Positions 39,617 to 49,824 of a DNA stretch of 64,000 nt are shown here, one piece after another. The stretch covers positions 1 to 64,000 of IMG/VR virus record IMGVR_UViG_3300033182_001261; one strand, written 5' to 3'. This DNA is from a virus. The notes below the pieces were generated by a model. The model saw only the letters and a list, made by a program, of their open reading frames with translations, did not search any database and had not been told where the DNA came from. Position 1 is the first letter of the stretch; every line of letters starts with the position of its first letter. The position numbers and the translations under genes are program-made.

Positions 39617-39807
39617 TAAACCCTCTCAAATAACGAAAGAGAACCGAATCTAGTGCACAAAGGAAACATAACAAAAAACAACACTAGACCCGATTCTCGG
39701 AAATGGTTTAAAGGACTTCGGGACAAAAGGGTAAGATATCAACTGGTCGGAGATAAGAGAGGAGATAAACCAGTATAATAAGAGATAGAAGAGAGTTCCC
39801 GAAGCCC
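39617..39807 (-). ncRNA. Candidate structured non-coding RNA / 3' UTR with two long hairpins
   Basis: 17-bp helix 39639-55/39682-98, 11-bp helix 39713-23/39797-807, inner 7-bp helix 39742-48/39768-74; all five plus-strand mismatches are A-C, i.e. G.U on the minus strand. Confidence 0.55.
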
Positions 39808-39813
39808 AGTATA

Positions 39814-39987
39814 TCAAAATATTTCTAACATTCTCTTTTTTATCTCCATAGAACGAGTCAACTCGTCTAATCTTTCCTCTGTCATAACGTCTGCGGAACA
39901 TTCTAGAGGGGTTTCTACAATCTCAACACCAAGAACCTTTTCCATATATTCATCATCTACTACGTGTTCAAAAAATCTATCATTCAT
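39814..39987 (-). CDS. 57-aa acidic early protein (below ORF-track cutoff)
   Basis: MNDRFFEHVV...RMLEIF; GGAG RBS; promoter TTGACA(40033)-N17-TATAAT. Confidence 0.65.
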   Translation of the reverse strand: MNDRFFEHVVDDEYMEKVLGVEIVETPLECSADVMTEERLDELTRSMEIKKRMLEIF

Positions 39988-40075
39988 TTCTCCACCTTTC
40001 TATAATATTATTATACTATATTCTGGAACTTTTGTCAACAGGTTTTGTGAATTTATTTCTTTCTTTCGTAGGATT

Positions 40076-40594
40076 TTAAAATTCTTGTTCAGACATCATA
40101 TACCAAAAGCTCGAACCAACGACACGATTCAGATTGTAAAACCAAACAGGAACGACAACGTTCCCATTCTCTGAATAAGATAGAACACTGTTAGGAACCC
40201 AAAACTCATCAGCAAACTGTGTGGCCATTGCAGTTTCATGGGATACGTGTTCTTTGGTAGACTTCAACATTATATGCATCTGCATTCCTTTGGAAGTCTC
40301 TTTCAGAAATGTTACTGGAATCTTAACACCACCAGCTTTTCGACAAGCAGATTTTGAAAATACGAAAGCCGCACCTTTCGTTGAAGTGCTTGTGAATATG
40401 TTCTCATCAGTGAATATAGCATGATTCACCATCTTTTTCATTTCTGACCAAGGTTCTTCTTCACAATTCGGGAACTCTTCGTTATATATCTTTCCCCCTA
40501 ATCTCGTCAACGTTGACAAAGCAATCCCATCTACATTTCTTTCTTCAATAATTTTCCGATACATTTCCACCATAAAGATTAATCTAGAACTCAT
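40076..40594 (-). CDS. Hypothetical protein, C-terminus related to ORF 60265-60585
   Basis: DEFWVPNSVLSY...VPVW versus DDVWIPKSLLTY...LPFW. Confidence 0.65.
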   Translation of the reverse strand: MSSRLIFMVEMYRKIIEERNVDGIALSTLTRLGGKIYNEEFPNCEEEPWSEMKKMVNHAIFTDENIFTSTSTKGAAFVFSKSACRKAGGVKIPVTFLKETSKGMQMHIMLKSTKEHVSHETAMATQFADEFWVPNSVLSYSENGNVVVPVWFYNLNRVVGSSFWYMMSEQEF

Positions 40595-40630
40595 TCACAA
40601 ACCTTTCACATTTACAACGTTTTTACAATA

Positions 40631-41794
40631 TTAGTTTTCGAACCATGCTTTGGTGTCACCAGATTGGACAACCAATGATTCATCTTCTTCTTCAACTTCT
40701 TCTGTAACTTCTGAAATCTTTCCGTACAGGTCTACAAAACTGTCTCTTGTGATATCATCAAAACGATTCACAGTAAGTTTGATAGATTCTTCAACATCCC
40801 CAAAGATTTTATACGTTTGTAAGATAGAGATTAAACGACGAGTTGTTATCAAATCATTTATCGCACCACTTTCGAAACTATCTCTTGTGATTGTCGCCCA
40901 CTCTACAAGATTTTCGGTGATGACTTCCGCCTCTTCATCGAGAACACCAATTTGATTCTTCCAAAACTTTCTCAATATCTTATTCTCAATTGATTTACTT
41001 GGATAGGATTGTACAACTGTTATCGGGAATCTTTCAAGGAACGACTCATTCAGGAACCCAGTCCCATAAAACTTTCCAAGTTCGTCACCCTGACCCTTTG
41101 TATTAGCAGTAGCAAAGATTGTAAATCCTTCAGCAGGTTTCACCCAACGATTTACTTTCTTTAAGAAAACTCCCTTACCTTCAAGAACTGACTGGATACA
41201 CATTATTTTGTTAGATGCCAAATCAATCTCGTCAAGCAGGAGCACCCCACCCCTTTGCATTGCTTTTACAATTGGTCCATCGAACCATATAGTTTCACCA
41301 TTCACCAGTCGGAACCCACCTAGTAAATCATCTTCATCAGTTTCAATAGTAATGTTGACTCTATACAACTCTCTAGAAAGATTCGCACAAGACTGCTCTA
41401 CCATCATTGTCTTACCATTACCAGAGAGACCAGTAATAAACAATGGGTGAAATACTCTAGACTCAATAATCTTCTCAATAGTCTTGTAGTGTCCCCATGA
41501 GATATAGTTCTCATCTACTTCTGGAGTGAATGCAAGACTTTCGGGAGTTGATTTCAGTTCTTCGGTGTTCTTTGCCTTTTCAGAATTCTTAGAGGGGGAT
41601 TTCGAAGATTTTGGAAATATATATAATCCCCTTTTGGTTGATTTGTCACATAGAGTGATAACCTTTCTCAAAAGTTTGTCAATACTTTCAGAGTCGATAC
41701 CAATCTCTTCCGAAAAACTTCTCAAGTCTTTCCTTGTGACTTCCTTGCCAGAGAATTCCTCTGAGAGCATACCAAAGAACTTTTCAAATTTCAT
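40631..41794 (-). CDS. CobS/MoxR-like AAA+ ATPase, copy 1
   Basis: FITGLSGNGKT, RVNIT.ETDEDDLLGGFRL, LLLDEID, TANTKGQG, NESFLERF. Confidence 0.9.
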   Translation of the reverse strand: MKFEKFFGMLSEEFSGKEVTRKDLRSFSEEIGIDSESIDKLLRKVITLCDKSTKRGLYIFPKSSKSPSKNSEKAKNTEELKSTPESLAFTPEVDENYISWGHYKTIEKIIESRVFHPLFITGLSGNGKTMMVEQSCANLSRELYRVNITIETDEDDLLGGFRLVNGETIWFDGPIVKAMQRGGVLLLDEIDLASNKIMCIQSVLEGKGVFLKKVNRWVKPAEGFTIFATANTKGQGDELGKFYGTGFLNESFLERFPITVVQSYPSKSIENKILRKFWKNQIGVLDEEAEVITENLVEWATITRDSFESGAINDLITTRRLISILQTYKIFGDVEESIKLTVNRFDDITRDSFVDLYGKISEVTEEVEEEDESLVVQSGDTKAWFEN

Positions 41795-42129
41795 ACTTTA
41801 CCTTTTCACTTATACTAATATTAACATATTAGGGATTGTTTGTCAATGAGTTTTTATATTATTTCTAAATATACTTATATGGCTTTGTAAGTTCTGTTTT
41901 CAGCATTTACCTGCGAATAGTAGGTGGGACGAAACCCACTGGTGACTATGACTTTTGTACCAAGGTGTTCCAGATTCTTTTTCTACCTTTTCTATCCTGT
42001 CGTTTCCAATTCTTCCACCACATATCATCTGGTCTACGATTATAAACCTCTTTGTATACGTCACTAACATCCATATCATCAAAAGGGAATTCATTCAAAA
42101 GCATAGTAAAGTCCTTTTCAAGTTTATAG

Positions 42130-42336
42130 TTAATTTATAACACGTTCTTTTGATTTGTCGTCTTCATCTTCTTCTATTTCATCGGGTATCTCTTCAACGT
42201 TATTGATAGCTTTAAGAACTATCTCTTCTATTATATCATCCGAAACTGATATATGGTTAGAATTAAAGAAGTCACTCCACTCTTTCTTTAAGGACTCCTC
42301 TAATTTTTTTTCAGATTTGGAATTATTTTTTCTCAT
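42130..42336 (-). CDS. Acidic hypothetical late protein
   Basis: Start ATG 42336 downstream of minus-strand TATAAATA. Confidence 0.55.
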   Translation of the reverse strand: MRKNNSKSEKKLEESLKKEWSDFFNSNHISVSDDIIEEIVLKAINNVEEIPDEIEEDEDDKSKERVIN

Positions 42337-42350
42337 AGTCTCTTTTTTTG

Positions 42351-42366
42351 TATAAATATATTTATA
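42351..42366. promoter_or_regulatory. Palindromic bidirectional late promoter TATAAATATATTTATA
   Basis: TATAAATA on both strands between divergent ORFs. Confidence 0.65.
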
Positions 42367-42388
42367 TTCTTTAGTGTAGGGGTTTAAA

Positions 42389-43120
42389 GTGAGATATAAC
42401 ACTAATTTTTCAAGGTTTATAGAAACCATAGGATTCAATCAGTATCCTGATTATTATTGCAAATACAATCAACTAGCTGTTGGTCAAGGGTTCATCATAC
42501 CAAGTTACCAAAACCAAACAGCGGATTTCAAAACTAAAACAGGAGAAGATTTTTGTTTAAGTAGAAAATTCATTGATTTGAAATGTAACATTTTCGTCAA
42601 AACACAGGACGGATTCACACGTTCACATAACGTTGGTAGAAATGTAGGTTTAATGTTAAACTCTTTCAGTTACACTTCCACTAACAACCACTACAAGAAG
42701 TTTAGTAGAAAAGAAATAGATGAGAACCTCCTACTGTTTCCAATCAAGTATGCTTACAATATGAATAAGACTGATATTCATTCCATAAGAATAGGTGATG
42801 TTATAGTTGCTAATTCCTTTTGGGAAGATATCGATAAAAAATATTCAGAGTATTATAATGATTGCCCAGAACAAATAAACCCACACTTCATATGCGGTGA
42901 AGTTGTAGAAATACATAAAAGTAAACTGACACAAACTTGCACATATAAAGTTCAGACCTCCAAAACCGAGAAGAAGTTTTTTGATGTTAAGGTAACACTT
43001 TCGGACATATTTAACTTCAACTCAGCAAACTATACTAGTGTTTACAGATTAGATAAAACTATTAGAAGAGGGCATGTAAAAGTTAAACTCTTCTTGAATA
43101 TGAATTACTGTATGGAATGA
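42389..43120 (+). CDS. Hypothetical late protein
   Basis: 243 aa ORF after late promoter. Confidence 0.6.
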   Translation: MRYNTNFSRFIETIGFNQYPDYYCKYNQLAVGQGFIIPSYQNQTADFKTKTGEDFCLSRKFIDLKCNIFVKTQDGFTRSHNVGRNVGLMLNSFSYTSTNNHYKKFSRKEIDENLLLFPIKYAYNMNKTDIHSIRIGDVIVANSFWEDIDKKYSEYYNDCPEQINPHFICGEVVEIHKSKLTQTCTYKVQTSKTEKKFFDVKVTLSDIFNFNSANYTSVYRLDKTIRRGHVKVKLFLNMNYCME

Positions 43121-43668
43121 TAATAGGATTTAAAGTTACTGTATGATCTATACTCTTCTTTTGGAATTTGATCTGAAGGTATGTGCGCATAAAACGTGAC
43201 GTTTTCATATTTCGAGATAACCTCTTTCCATCTAGGAACCCAGTAGGAATTTAAATTTCTTTTTCTAGTTCTAGGGACCAGATTGTCCATCTGACTGTGA
43301 AAGTTGTCTTCATATAAAGAGTTGATTCCCCATAAGTGAATTTCTTTTAAATCACTATAAGTTTGACAAACATAGTCAACTGCTATGAGACCAGAGTTGT
43401 ACCAAGACTTTCTTTTATAAACACCTTCCCATTTTCCATGGAGTTTTTTTGATTGACTAACTTTGTAAGTGTCTGGTGGACACCAAATCCTTTTAAGGTT
43501 TATTTTCTTATCACCTATTATCCTAGCAGGTTGAGGATCTATTATAGAAACTATGTCCCACTCAAATCCATGTTGAGGTATATTACAACAGATAACCAAA
43601 TCATAATTTTCATCATTTCTAGAATAAAGATTATTTGATGATCCATTACCTATCAAGCATATTTTCAT
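43105..43668 (-). CDS. Rossmann-like sugar-transferase-type protein (IGNG.S family)
   Basis: ICLIGNGSS, CCN, NSG..A, EIHLWG. Confidence 0.55.
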   Translation of the reverse strand: MKICLIGNGSSNNLYSRNDENYDLVICCNIPQHGFEWDIVSIIDPQPARIIGDKKINLKRIWCPPDTYKVSQSKKLHGKWEGVYKRKSWYNSGLIAVDYVCQTYSDLKEIHLWGINSLYEDNFHSQMDNLVPRTRKRNLNSYWVPRWKEVISKYENVTFYAHIPSDQIPKEEYRSYSNFKSYYHSIQ

Positions 43669-43679
43669 AATAAAGATAT

Positions 43680-43967
43680 TTATACTAAACTTAACTTTCT
43701 GATAGCCAGTTCTTTAGAATATCTATCTTTATCATTTATCGACTTGAACAATTTTTTATTTTCTTTGATTCTAAATTTCACACTTGGATTCAAAGACTTA
43801 ATCTTTTCTAAGAAAGTTCTAGCATCGAAATCCAAATCTAGAAAAACTTTAGGTCCTTCAATTCTAGATTGAGATGAGATTTCATCTTGAATATTAAATT
43901 TGAAAACATCCTTTAATTTAACTTCTAACCAAGAGTGACCCATTTCATAAAAAATATTAAATTCCAT
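43680..43967 (-). CDS. Conserved phage hypothetical protein (GH.WL.V family)
   Basis: GHSWLEV...IS..S....VFLD.D.DA; own early promoter at 44020. Confidence 0.6.
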   Translation of the reverse strand: MEFNIFYEMGHSWLEVKLKDVFKFNIQDEISSQSRIEGPKVFLDLDFDARTFLEKIKSLNPSVKFRIKENKKLFKSINDKDRYSKELAIRKLSLV

Positions 43968-44041
43968 ATTTGTCTCCTTTTTATCCTTATATAATAAGTA
44001 TAACAAATGTGAACTACTATGTCAATACCTTTTACAAAAAA

Positions 44042-44323
44042 TTAATCTATTCTTAAATTGCTCCATTTCTTCAACTTCTCTCTTTTAGATTTGGAATTCT
44101 TTATCAATTCATTTTTGTTTATTAGTCCATATTCTTGTAAAAGGTCAATCATACAAAGCAAGTCTCCGATTTCTCTTGAAAGACTTCCAACCTCTTCATC
44201 ATTTCTTCCGAATCTAATAATCTTAGAAGCTTCTACAGTAGCTTCTGCGCACTCCTCCATAAAGATAACTAACAGTTCTTCTTTCTCATCAATCGAAATA
44301 TTTTCAGTAGCATACTTTTTCAT
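44042..44323 (-). CDS. MazG-like NTP pyrophosphohydrolase
   Basis: MEECAEA...SKIIRFG...EIGDLLCMI. Confidence 0.75.
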   Translation of the reverse strand: MKKYATENISIDEKEELLVIFMEECAEATVEASKIIRFGRNDEEVGSLSREIGDLLCMIDLLQEYGLINKNELIKNSKSKREKLKKWSNLRID

Positions 44324-44351
44324 ATGAACTCCTTTTGATTATAAATATTAA

Positions 44352-44762
44352 ATGATTATGATTAAACTTCTACTCGCTTTGCTTATAAAACACGCTATAT
44401 GTGATTTGTATTTACAAAACAAGAGAAACCCTACGGATAAATCAAAATACATAGGTGAATGTCACACTCACTATCTTGACCATTTTTTACTAACCCTTTT
44501 AGTTTGTTACATCTTCTTGATTCCACTTGAAATCTGTTTTGTATTATCTTCAATTGATTACATTGCTCACTGGCACATAGATTACACAAAAACTAAAATA
44601 ATAAGATTTTTTAGAATTAACTTGAACAGTATAGTTTTTTGGTTATTACAAACCATCGATCAAATATTACATTACTCAACTTATTTCCTAATAGTGTATA
44701 TAGTTCAGAACAACTTATCATTTCATCACATCTTCAAAAAATTTATTTCTCCTCTTTTCTAA
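44352..44762 (+). CDS. DUF3307-like membrane protein
   Basis: KH.I.D..LQ, H...H, HWHIDYTK, DQILH; late promoter at 44340. Confidence 0.75.
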   Translation: MIMIKLLLALLIKHAICDLYLQNKRNPTDKSKYIGECHTHYLDHFLLTLLVCYIFLIPLEICFVLSSIDYIAHWHIDYTKTKIIRFFRINLNSIVFWLLQTIDQILHYSTYFLIVYIVQNNLSFHHIFKKFISPLF

Positions 44763-45098
44763 AATTTCAAATTCTTTACTTTTAGGAAAAATCACCTTTA
44801 AGAATCTGTATCTATCATCTTCAATTTTAGTAAACTTCATTCCTTTGAAATTTGTTAAAAATATAGTCACATGAGTTCTTTTATAATAAACACTCAACTT
44901 AAAATAATTAACCATCTCAATCAATCTCTGTAAATCAAAAGTTTTCGGTATGATTATAAACTTTTCTGATTTTTCACAAGCTTCTGAAATTTTCTTAAGA
45001 ACTGTCAAATTGTGTTTGTCAAAAATTAGAGATTTCTGCTCTTCTTCCATTTCATCTATTTTACTGGAAAGTTTCTTAAAAAAATTCTTAGGTAACAT
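44718..45098 (-). CDS. Hypothetical protein
   Basis: Directly downstream of ligase. Confidence 0.5.
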   Translation of the reverse strand: MLPKNFFKKLSSKIDEMEEEQKSLIFDKHNLTVLKKISEACEKSEKFIIIPKTFDLQRLIEMVNYFKLSVYYKRTHVTIFLTNFKGMKFTKIEDDRYRFLKVIFPKSKEFEILEKRRNKFFEDVMK

Positions 45099-45106
45099 AA
45101 ACGTAT

Positions 45107-46417
45107 TTATAATTTTTCACCATCATCAAAACCTCTAAAAGTTTTAAATCTAGGGAACCTAAGAGAGTATGTTCCGTCTTGATTTTGTGATATTGAATCA
45201 GCTCGAACTTCAACAACCTTTCCGATAAGAGTTTCTCTAGCATTCCAGAAGTCTTCTCTATCTTTATCGGTTAACCCACTTCCGACATTGACTTTTATTT
45301 TCTTACCATCATCAACTCCATGACATATTAATGCTCCGAGTCTACCCTTATTCTTTCCTGTACCTTCTTCGAGACCCACAACATCTAAAGAAACTTCAAT
45401 AAAAGGTTTCATTTTCAACCAAGAACTGGATCTATCACATTCATACGGTCCCATAGTATCTTTTATCATAACTCCTTCATAACCACCATCAACTGCTTGT
45501 TTATTGATTTCAGAAAACCTATTCTGACCTTCATCGGTATCTAAGTCAACTTCTTCCCAATCTAAAGCAGTTACATGTTCTAAAACGTCTTCATTTTCTT
45601 CGATCCAATCTTTTAGTATATTACTCCTAACCTTCTGTGGAATCCCCCAATATCCCTTCTTAAAATGTTTCAGAGGAAGAGTATCAAATAGATGTAGTAC
45701 GGCATCTTCCAAATTAACATTAGATTTTCTGTGAACTTGTTTCATCAGGTCTTGGAAATTAGAACTCATCACTTCACCGTCCAAAACAAAAGGTTCTTGG
45801 TCAGGTTTCTTGTCAAAACATTTTTGTATTTCCGAAGCAATAGTTTTGAAGTTATGAAACTCCTTACCATTTCTACTAAGCATTTTAACACCAGATTTTT
45901 CAACAATGACTATAACCCTAACTCCGTCCAGTTTAACTTCTACTTGTTTTTTTCCTTTCATTTTGTTTTGGTGGTTTGATGAGTCTTTCGCTAACTGACA
46001 TCTAAAAACAGGAACAGTATACTGAGGATACTTCTTAGCAACCTTATTGACAGTCTTTTCACTTACACCGCACTTCAAATCTTTGGTTAAAATTCTTCTG
46101 TAAAAATAATTCCATTCATCCATTTTACATTTTTCTGACAAAGATTTTACAGCGTCTCTTGCATCATTACCTGTCAACTCTCTTAAAGAAAGTTTATTTG
46201 CCAATTCAACAAATTCATTCCAAGTGATACCTTCACCGTCAGAAGTGGATTTAGGAACCTGTTTGATTCCATAAGTGACCATAGGATCCAATGCTAGTCG
46301 AACTCCTTGAAAGAATTCGTCCAAGCCCTGACTCATATAGTTTTCAAGGATACTTTCTTTTTCGTTTCTACTATTTGTTCCTTCTAACTCTTTTACAATT
46401 TCTGAATAGTTTTTCAT
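45107..46417 (-). CDS. ATP-dependent DNA ligase
   Basis: KLDGVR, SRNGK, LDGEV, EGVMIK, WLKMK, SLRFPRF. Confidence 0.95.
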   Translation of the reverse strand: MKNYSEIVKELEGTNSRNEKESILENYMSQGLDEFFQGVRLALDPMVTYGIKQVPKSTSDGEGITWNEFVELANKLSLRELTGNDARDAVKSLSEKCKMDEWNYFYRRILTKDLKCGVSEKTVNKVAKKYPQYTVPVFRCQLAKDSSNHQNKMKGKKQVEVKLDGVRVIVIVEKSGVKMLSRNGKEFHNFKTIASEIQKCFDKKPDQEPFVLDGEVMSSNFQDLMKQVHRKSNVNLEDAVLHLFDTLPLKHFKKGYWGIPQKVRSNILKDWIEENEDVLEHVTALDWEEVDLDTDEGQNRFSEINKQAVDGGYEGVMIKDTMGPYECDRSSSWLKMKPFIEVSLDVVGLEEGTGKNKGRLGALICHGVDDGKKIKVNVGSGLTDKDREDFWNARETLIGKVVEVRADSISQNQDGTYSLRFPRFKTFRGFDDGEKL

Positions 46418-46471
46418 ATTATCTCCTAACCTATTATAAGGATAACAAATATAGAGGTGTTTGTCAATAGA

Positions 46472-47659
46472 TTAAGACAAAAAAGTTACCAACTCTGAAA
46501 GAATTTTTTTTGATAGTTTCATGGAAACATGATTGTTAGTGAATTTGTTTTTAATCTGGTTTAGACTCTTTTTAGATTTTTCTGGAATCATTATCTCATT
46601 CTCATAATTTTCCATCTCGAAATTGGCAACAGAAAAATAAGCATCATATCCTCTATAATCATATTTTGTCTGGTCATTCGAGCAACCATTTATAAAAAAA
46701 CATATAGTGTTTCCACCAACACATTTTTTATAGAACTTTAAGATTGATTCTGTATCTAAAACCTTTGTTCTGAAATATTGACCAGAAAGAGGATCATAGG
46801 AATTTATATTGATAAGTCTTTCAGAATTTCCCCTCCAAAGGTCATAACTAGCACCACCAGAACTTTTATTGCTTCTAGGGTCACTTAGTGATGACCTATT
46901 AGATTCTCCGTCGGTTAAAACTACTGTGTTTAGAACTTCTATTTTAAAATCCTCTTTGAACTTTAATGATATCTGTCTAAGGACAAGTAAACTATCGTTT
47001 AGGGGTGTTGTTGATGTTGGTATATCACCTTGATGGGCCAACTTAGAAGAACTCTTATCATATGACCCAGCACTTATATATCCAGTTTTCTTAGAGAAAT
47101 CAACACCATCTTTACCAGAAGATACTGCTAGCAGATATGTACACATCATCTCATGGTCATTTTTATTCATTTCAGAGTTTAGCCATTCTCTCATATTGAA
47201 ATATCTTCCGAATTTCAAGCAACTCTTTTTATTTAAATATTTCAAATCACTAGTAGTGTCTATATATCTTTCACTCATTGAATTAGAATCATTGAATCCT
47301 AAGACCTTGTATTTAATTCCAACTTTTCTACAAAATTCTGTTAATAAGATTGACTGTTTAATGGAATCTGAATACTTCTTTCCTCCCATTGAAGATGAAC
47401 AGTCCACCAACATTATAACTCCGTGATTTTTGCCATCTTTGTTTATTTCAGATTTTCGAAATATGTTTTCACTCCATTTAAACTTATGAAGTGACTGAGT
47501 GTTTATAACCCCTGTTTTATTAAACTGAGTTTTTCTAAATTGTTCTGCTTTCTTTCTTCTCTCAAATTCAAGAGCCATGTGGTTAAGTATGGAAGAGTTT
47601 TTTGATTTGAAGTTTGCCCAATCTTTCCTAGTCTCAATCAACCACTGATTCTTTTTCAT
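46472..47659 (-). CDS. vWA (MIDAS) domain protein, CobT-like C-terminal half, copy 1
   Basis: FERRKKA...TGVIN, GKNHG.IMLVDCSSSM, TPLND, LTDGES. Confidence 0.85.
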   Translation of the reverse strand: MKKNQWLIETRKDWANFKSKNSSILNHMALEFERRKKAEQFRKTQFNKTGVINTQSLHKFKWSENIFRKSEINKDGKNHGVIMLVDCSSSMGGKKYSDSIKQSILLTEFCRKVGIKYKVLGFNDSNSMSERYIDTTSDLKYLNKKSCLKFGRYFNMREWLNSEMNKNDHEMMCTYLLAVSSGKDGVDFSKKTGYISAGSYDKSSSKLAHQGDIPTSTTPLNDSLLVLRQISLKFKEDFKIEVLNTVVLTDGESNRSSLSDPRSNKSSGGASYDLWRGNSERLININSYDPLSGQYFRTKVLDTESILKFYKKCVGGNTICFFINGCSNDQTKYDYRGYDAYFSVANFEMENYENEIMIPEKSKKSLNQIKNKFTNNHVSMKLSKKILSELVTFLS

Positions 47660-47661
47660 AT

Positions 47662-48693
47662 CTATTTCTTTCTAAAGTTGTCGGAACGCAATTCCCTAAG
47701 GTCAACTTTCGAACCCCTTTTCATTATCTTGTAAACTTGTTTTAGAACTTCTTTTGAGTCTGTGTATACATACCCTTCCATATCAATTACAGGAACCTCA
47801 GAACTGAAATGAATTTTACTAGTAGCATTTTCTTCATTAACTAACTTACCTTCATTATCTCTGAAATTTTTATCAGTTATAGACTCTGGTAAATTTTGTG
47901 ATTCTTCACCTGCCTTATTCGTGGAACTAGACTTTTGATTTTGTTCCTTATCGGATTTTTCTGAGGAGGGGTCATCTTCACCTCCATCAGAATCATTTCC
48001 TTCTCCTTGAGAGTCTTCCGATTCCTGTTCAGATTTTTGACTTGAACCGCTTTCATCCTCGGAACCATCTTTCGATTTCCCTTGACTCTTTATAGTATCA
48101 TCACTTTCCTGTTTCTTATCTAACTCATCTTTACAATATTCAAAAAGTTCTTTTGCCAACTTGACAACATCATCCCAAGTTTTTAACTTGTTCAATTTTT
48201 CTTCGAAGTGTCTCTCTTCGTTTTTTATATTTACATTTGATGCTAGTTTACCTAACTTTGCTCTAACATTCAATCTATCTATCAAGAGCATGTTATCAAG
48301 TTCTTCTTGGGAGTATTCTTTAATACCGAACATGTCCTCATCAAAAAGTTTTTTATATCCTGTTATATAAGACTTTTTGAGTCCTGGAAATTTTCTCTGA
48401 ATCATTTTCTCGATTCTGGCATCCTCAACAATATTCAAAAACCCTTTGAACTTTTCATCCTGCTCTTCGTCTGTTGCTGAATGATACCCTTCAACAGGAG
48501 TGTTTAGTGCGTGTGAAACTTCATGTGATATTAAGAGGTCATAAACATCCTCACCTAAATCTACATAGTCTGGGAGATAGAGGATTCTATTTTCAATATC
48601 AAATGCTGCAGTTCTATAATCTCCATGGACTATATCAACATTTTCAGTTGCCATTAGTTTAGCAAGAGTTTCTTTATAATCTAATTTTTTCAT
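47662..48693 (-). CDS. HExxH metallopeptidase-like protein, CobT-like N-terminal half, copy 1
   Basis: LAKLMATEN, TAAFD..NRIL.LP, HEVSHAL.TP, NIVEDARIE, acidic linker. Confidence 0.85.
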   Translation of the reverse strand: MKKLDYKETLAKLMATENVDIVHGDYRTAAFDIENRILYLPDYVDLGEDVYDLLISHEVSHALNTPVEGYHSATDEEQDEKFKGFLNIVEDARIEKMIQRKFPGLKKSYITGYKKLFDEDMFGIKEYSQEELDNMLLIDRLNVRAKLGKLASNVNIKNEERHFEEKLNKLKTWDDVVKLAKELFEYCKDELDKKQESDDTIKSQGKSKDGSEDESGSSQKSEQESEDSQGEGNDSDGGEDDPSSEKSDKEQNQKSSSTNKAGEESQNLPESITDKNFRDNEGKLVNEENATSKIHFSSEVPVIDMEGYVYTDSKEVLKQVYKIMKRGSKVDLRELRSDNFRKK

Positions 48694-48844
48694 TATTAAT
48701 ATTTATGTTTTGTTCACCAATACCATTCCGAGTTCATTCCCATCTCCTTTTAATTATTTCCCATAAGTCTTCTATAAACAATGTTCCAATTGTCCAAAAG
48801 TCTTGTAAAGTGTCCAGTATCAAATCCAGAATCTCACGGAACAC

Positions 48845-49420
48845 TTACATACCCATCTTTCCTAACACCTTGTTAATACTTCTGGTCATTTTTAATAAAG
48901 ACTTATTCTCGAAAAACAAACCTCTTATAAAAAACATTTCAGTTAAACTTCGGTAATACCATTGCTGTTCTTTTTTTCCAGCATTGAATACGAGAAATAC
49001 TGAATCTCCAACTTTCAACCACTGTTCGAACGTTTCTGTAATATTGTGTAACTTATCTGCAGACGCTACTGCGATGGATTCTTCTGGTGCGTCTGTTAGG
49101 TTTTTAATATATCTAACTTTTCTCTCTGTCCAAGAAAGTTCTGGTGACATATCCGCAGTCACATACTTTACTATTTTTTCAACCTCTTCTCCGAATCCAA
49201 TTCTTATATCATTCAATGTTACATCAGTATCTTCAACTGTATCATGAAGCAGTCCTGCCACAATACAATCTTCTGAATATCCATTTTTATGGAGTATTCT
49301 TGCTACTTCCATACAATGACTGACATAAGGTTTTTTTGTTCCCTTCCTAACTTGCCCATCATGAGCTAGTTTTGCAAATCTCAAAGCTGATTGTTGTATT
49401 CGTGTTTCCAAAAATTTCAT
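48845..49420 (-). CDS. HD-domain RelA/SpoT-hydrolase-like protein (small alarmone hydrolase/Mesh1-like)
   Basis: AH.GQ.RK...PY..H..EVA, GLLHDTVEDT, ADKLHN. Confidence 0.88.
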   Translation of the reverse strand: MKFLETRIQQSALRFAKLAHDGQVRKGTKKPYVSHCMEVARILHKNGYSEDCIVAGLLHDTVEDTDVTLNDIRIGFGEEVEKIVKYVTADMSPELSWTERKVRYIKNLTDAPEESIAVASADKLHNITETFEQWLKVGDSVFLVFNAGKKEQQWYYRSLTEMFFIRGLFFENKSLLKMTRSINKVLGKMGM

Positions 49421-49427
49421 ATCAATC

Positions 49428-49824
49428 CTAGAAGTAATAGTTTCTGACCATTTCTAACTTTTTGGATAAGTTGGTTCTATTGATTAACCTGATATTACTA
49501 GGAGTCACCTTTACAATATCATTGTCTTTTAGAGACTTAATAACTGCCAAAACATCATTATATCGATATCCTGTATAGTTTGGAACAACGTAACCATTTT
49601 TTTCTAAATCATCAACCAATCTTTTTAGAATTTCTAATTTCACACTTTTCATAATCTCTCTCCTAATAATTCTTAATGACAAATTCATCCATATCAATGT
49701 TTGGGTAAAATACGTATTCTATACTTTTTCTTTCCCCATCATCTCCATAAGTTATAATAGTTTTTAATACACCTCCATCTTTTTCAATTGACTGTTCTAA
49801 AATAGTATTTGGAATGTTTTTCAT
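49428..49824 (-). CDS. Two small early ORFs (49663-49824 and 49428-49652)
   Basis: Promoter cassette with -35 at 49878; GGAG RBS before each. Confidence 0.55.

Noticed and set aside
39650-39901. 83-aa minus-strand ORF in the track
   Set aside because: Overlaps the better-supported 39814-39987 gene out of frame, has no clear RBS, and runs through the hairpin element
39617-39914. Larger pseudoknotted RNA pairing the hairpin loops with 39831-39914
   Set aside because: The partner stretches are the antisense of the purine-rich 57-aa gene; low-complexity complementarity is likely chance
40631-41794. Cobalamin biosynthesis (cobS/cobT) interpretation
   Set aside because: No cobN or other cob genes in the window; motifs support only a generic MoxR-type AAA+/vWA system
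47659-47662. Sequencing frameshift as the cause of the peptidase/vWA split
   Set aside because: The second copy is split at the equivalent position and has a promoter and RBS in the gap
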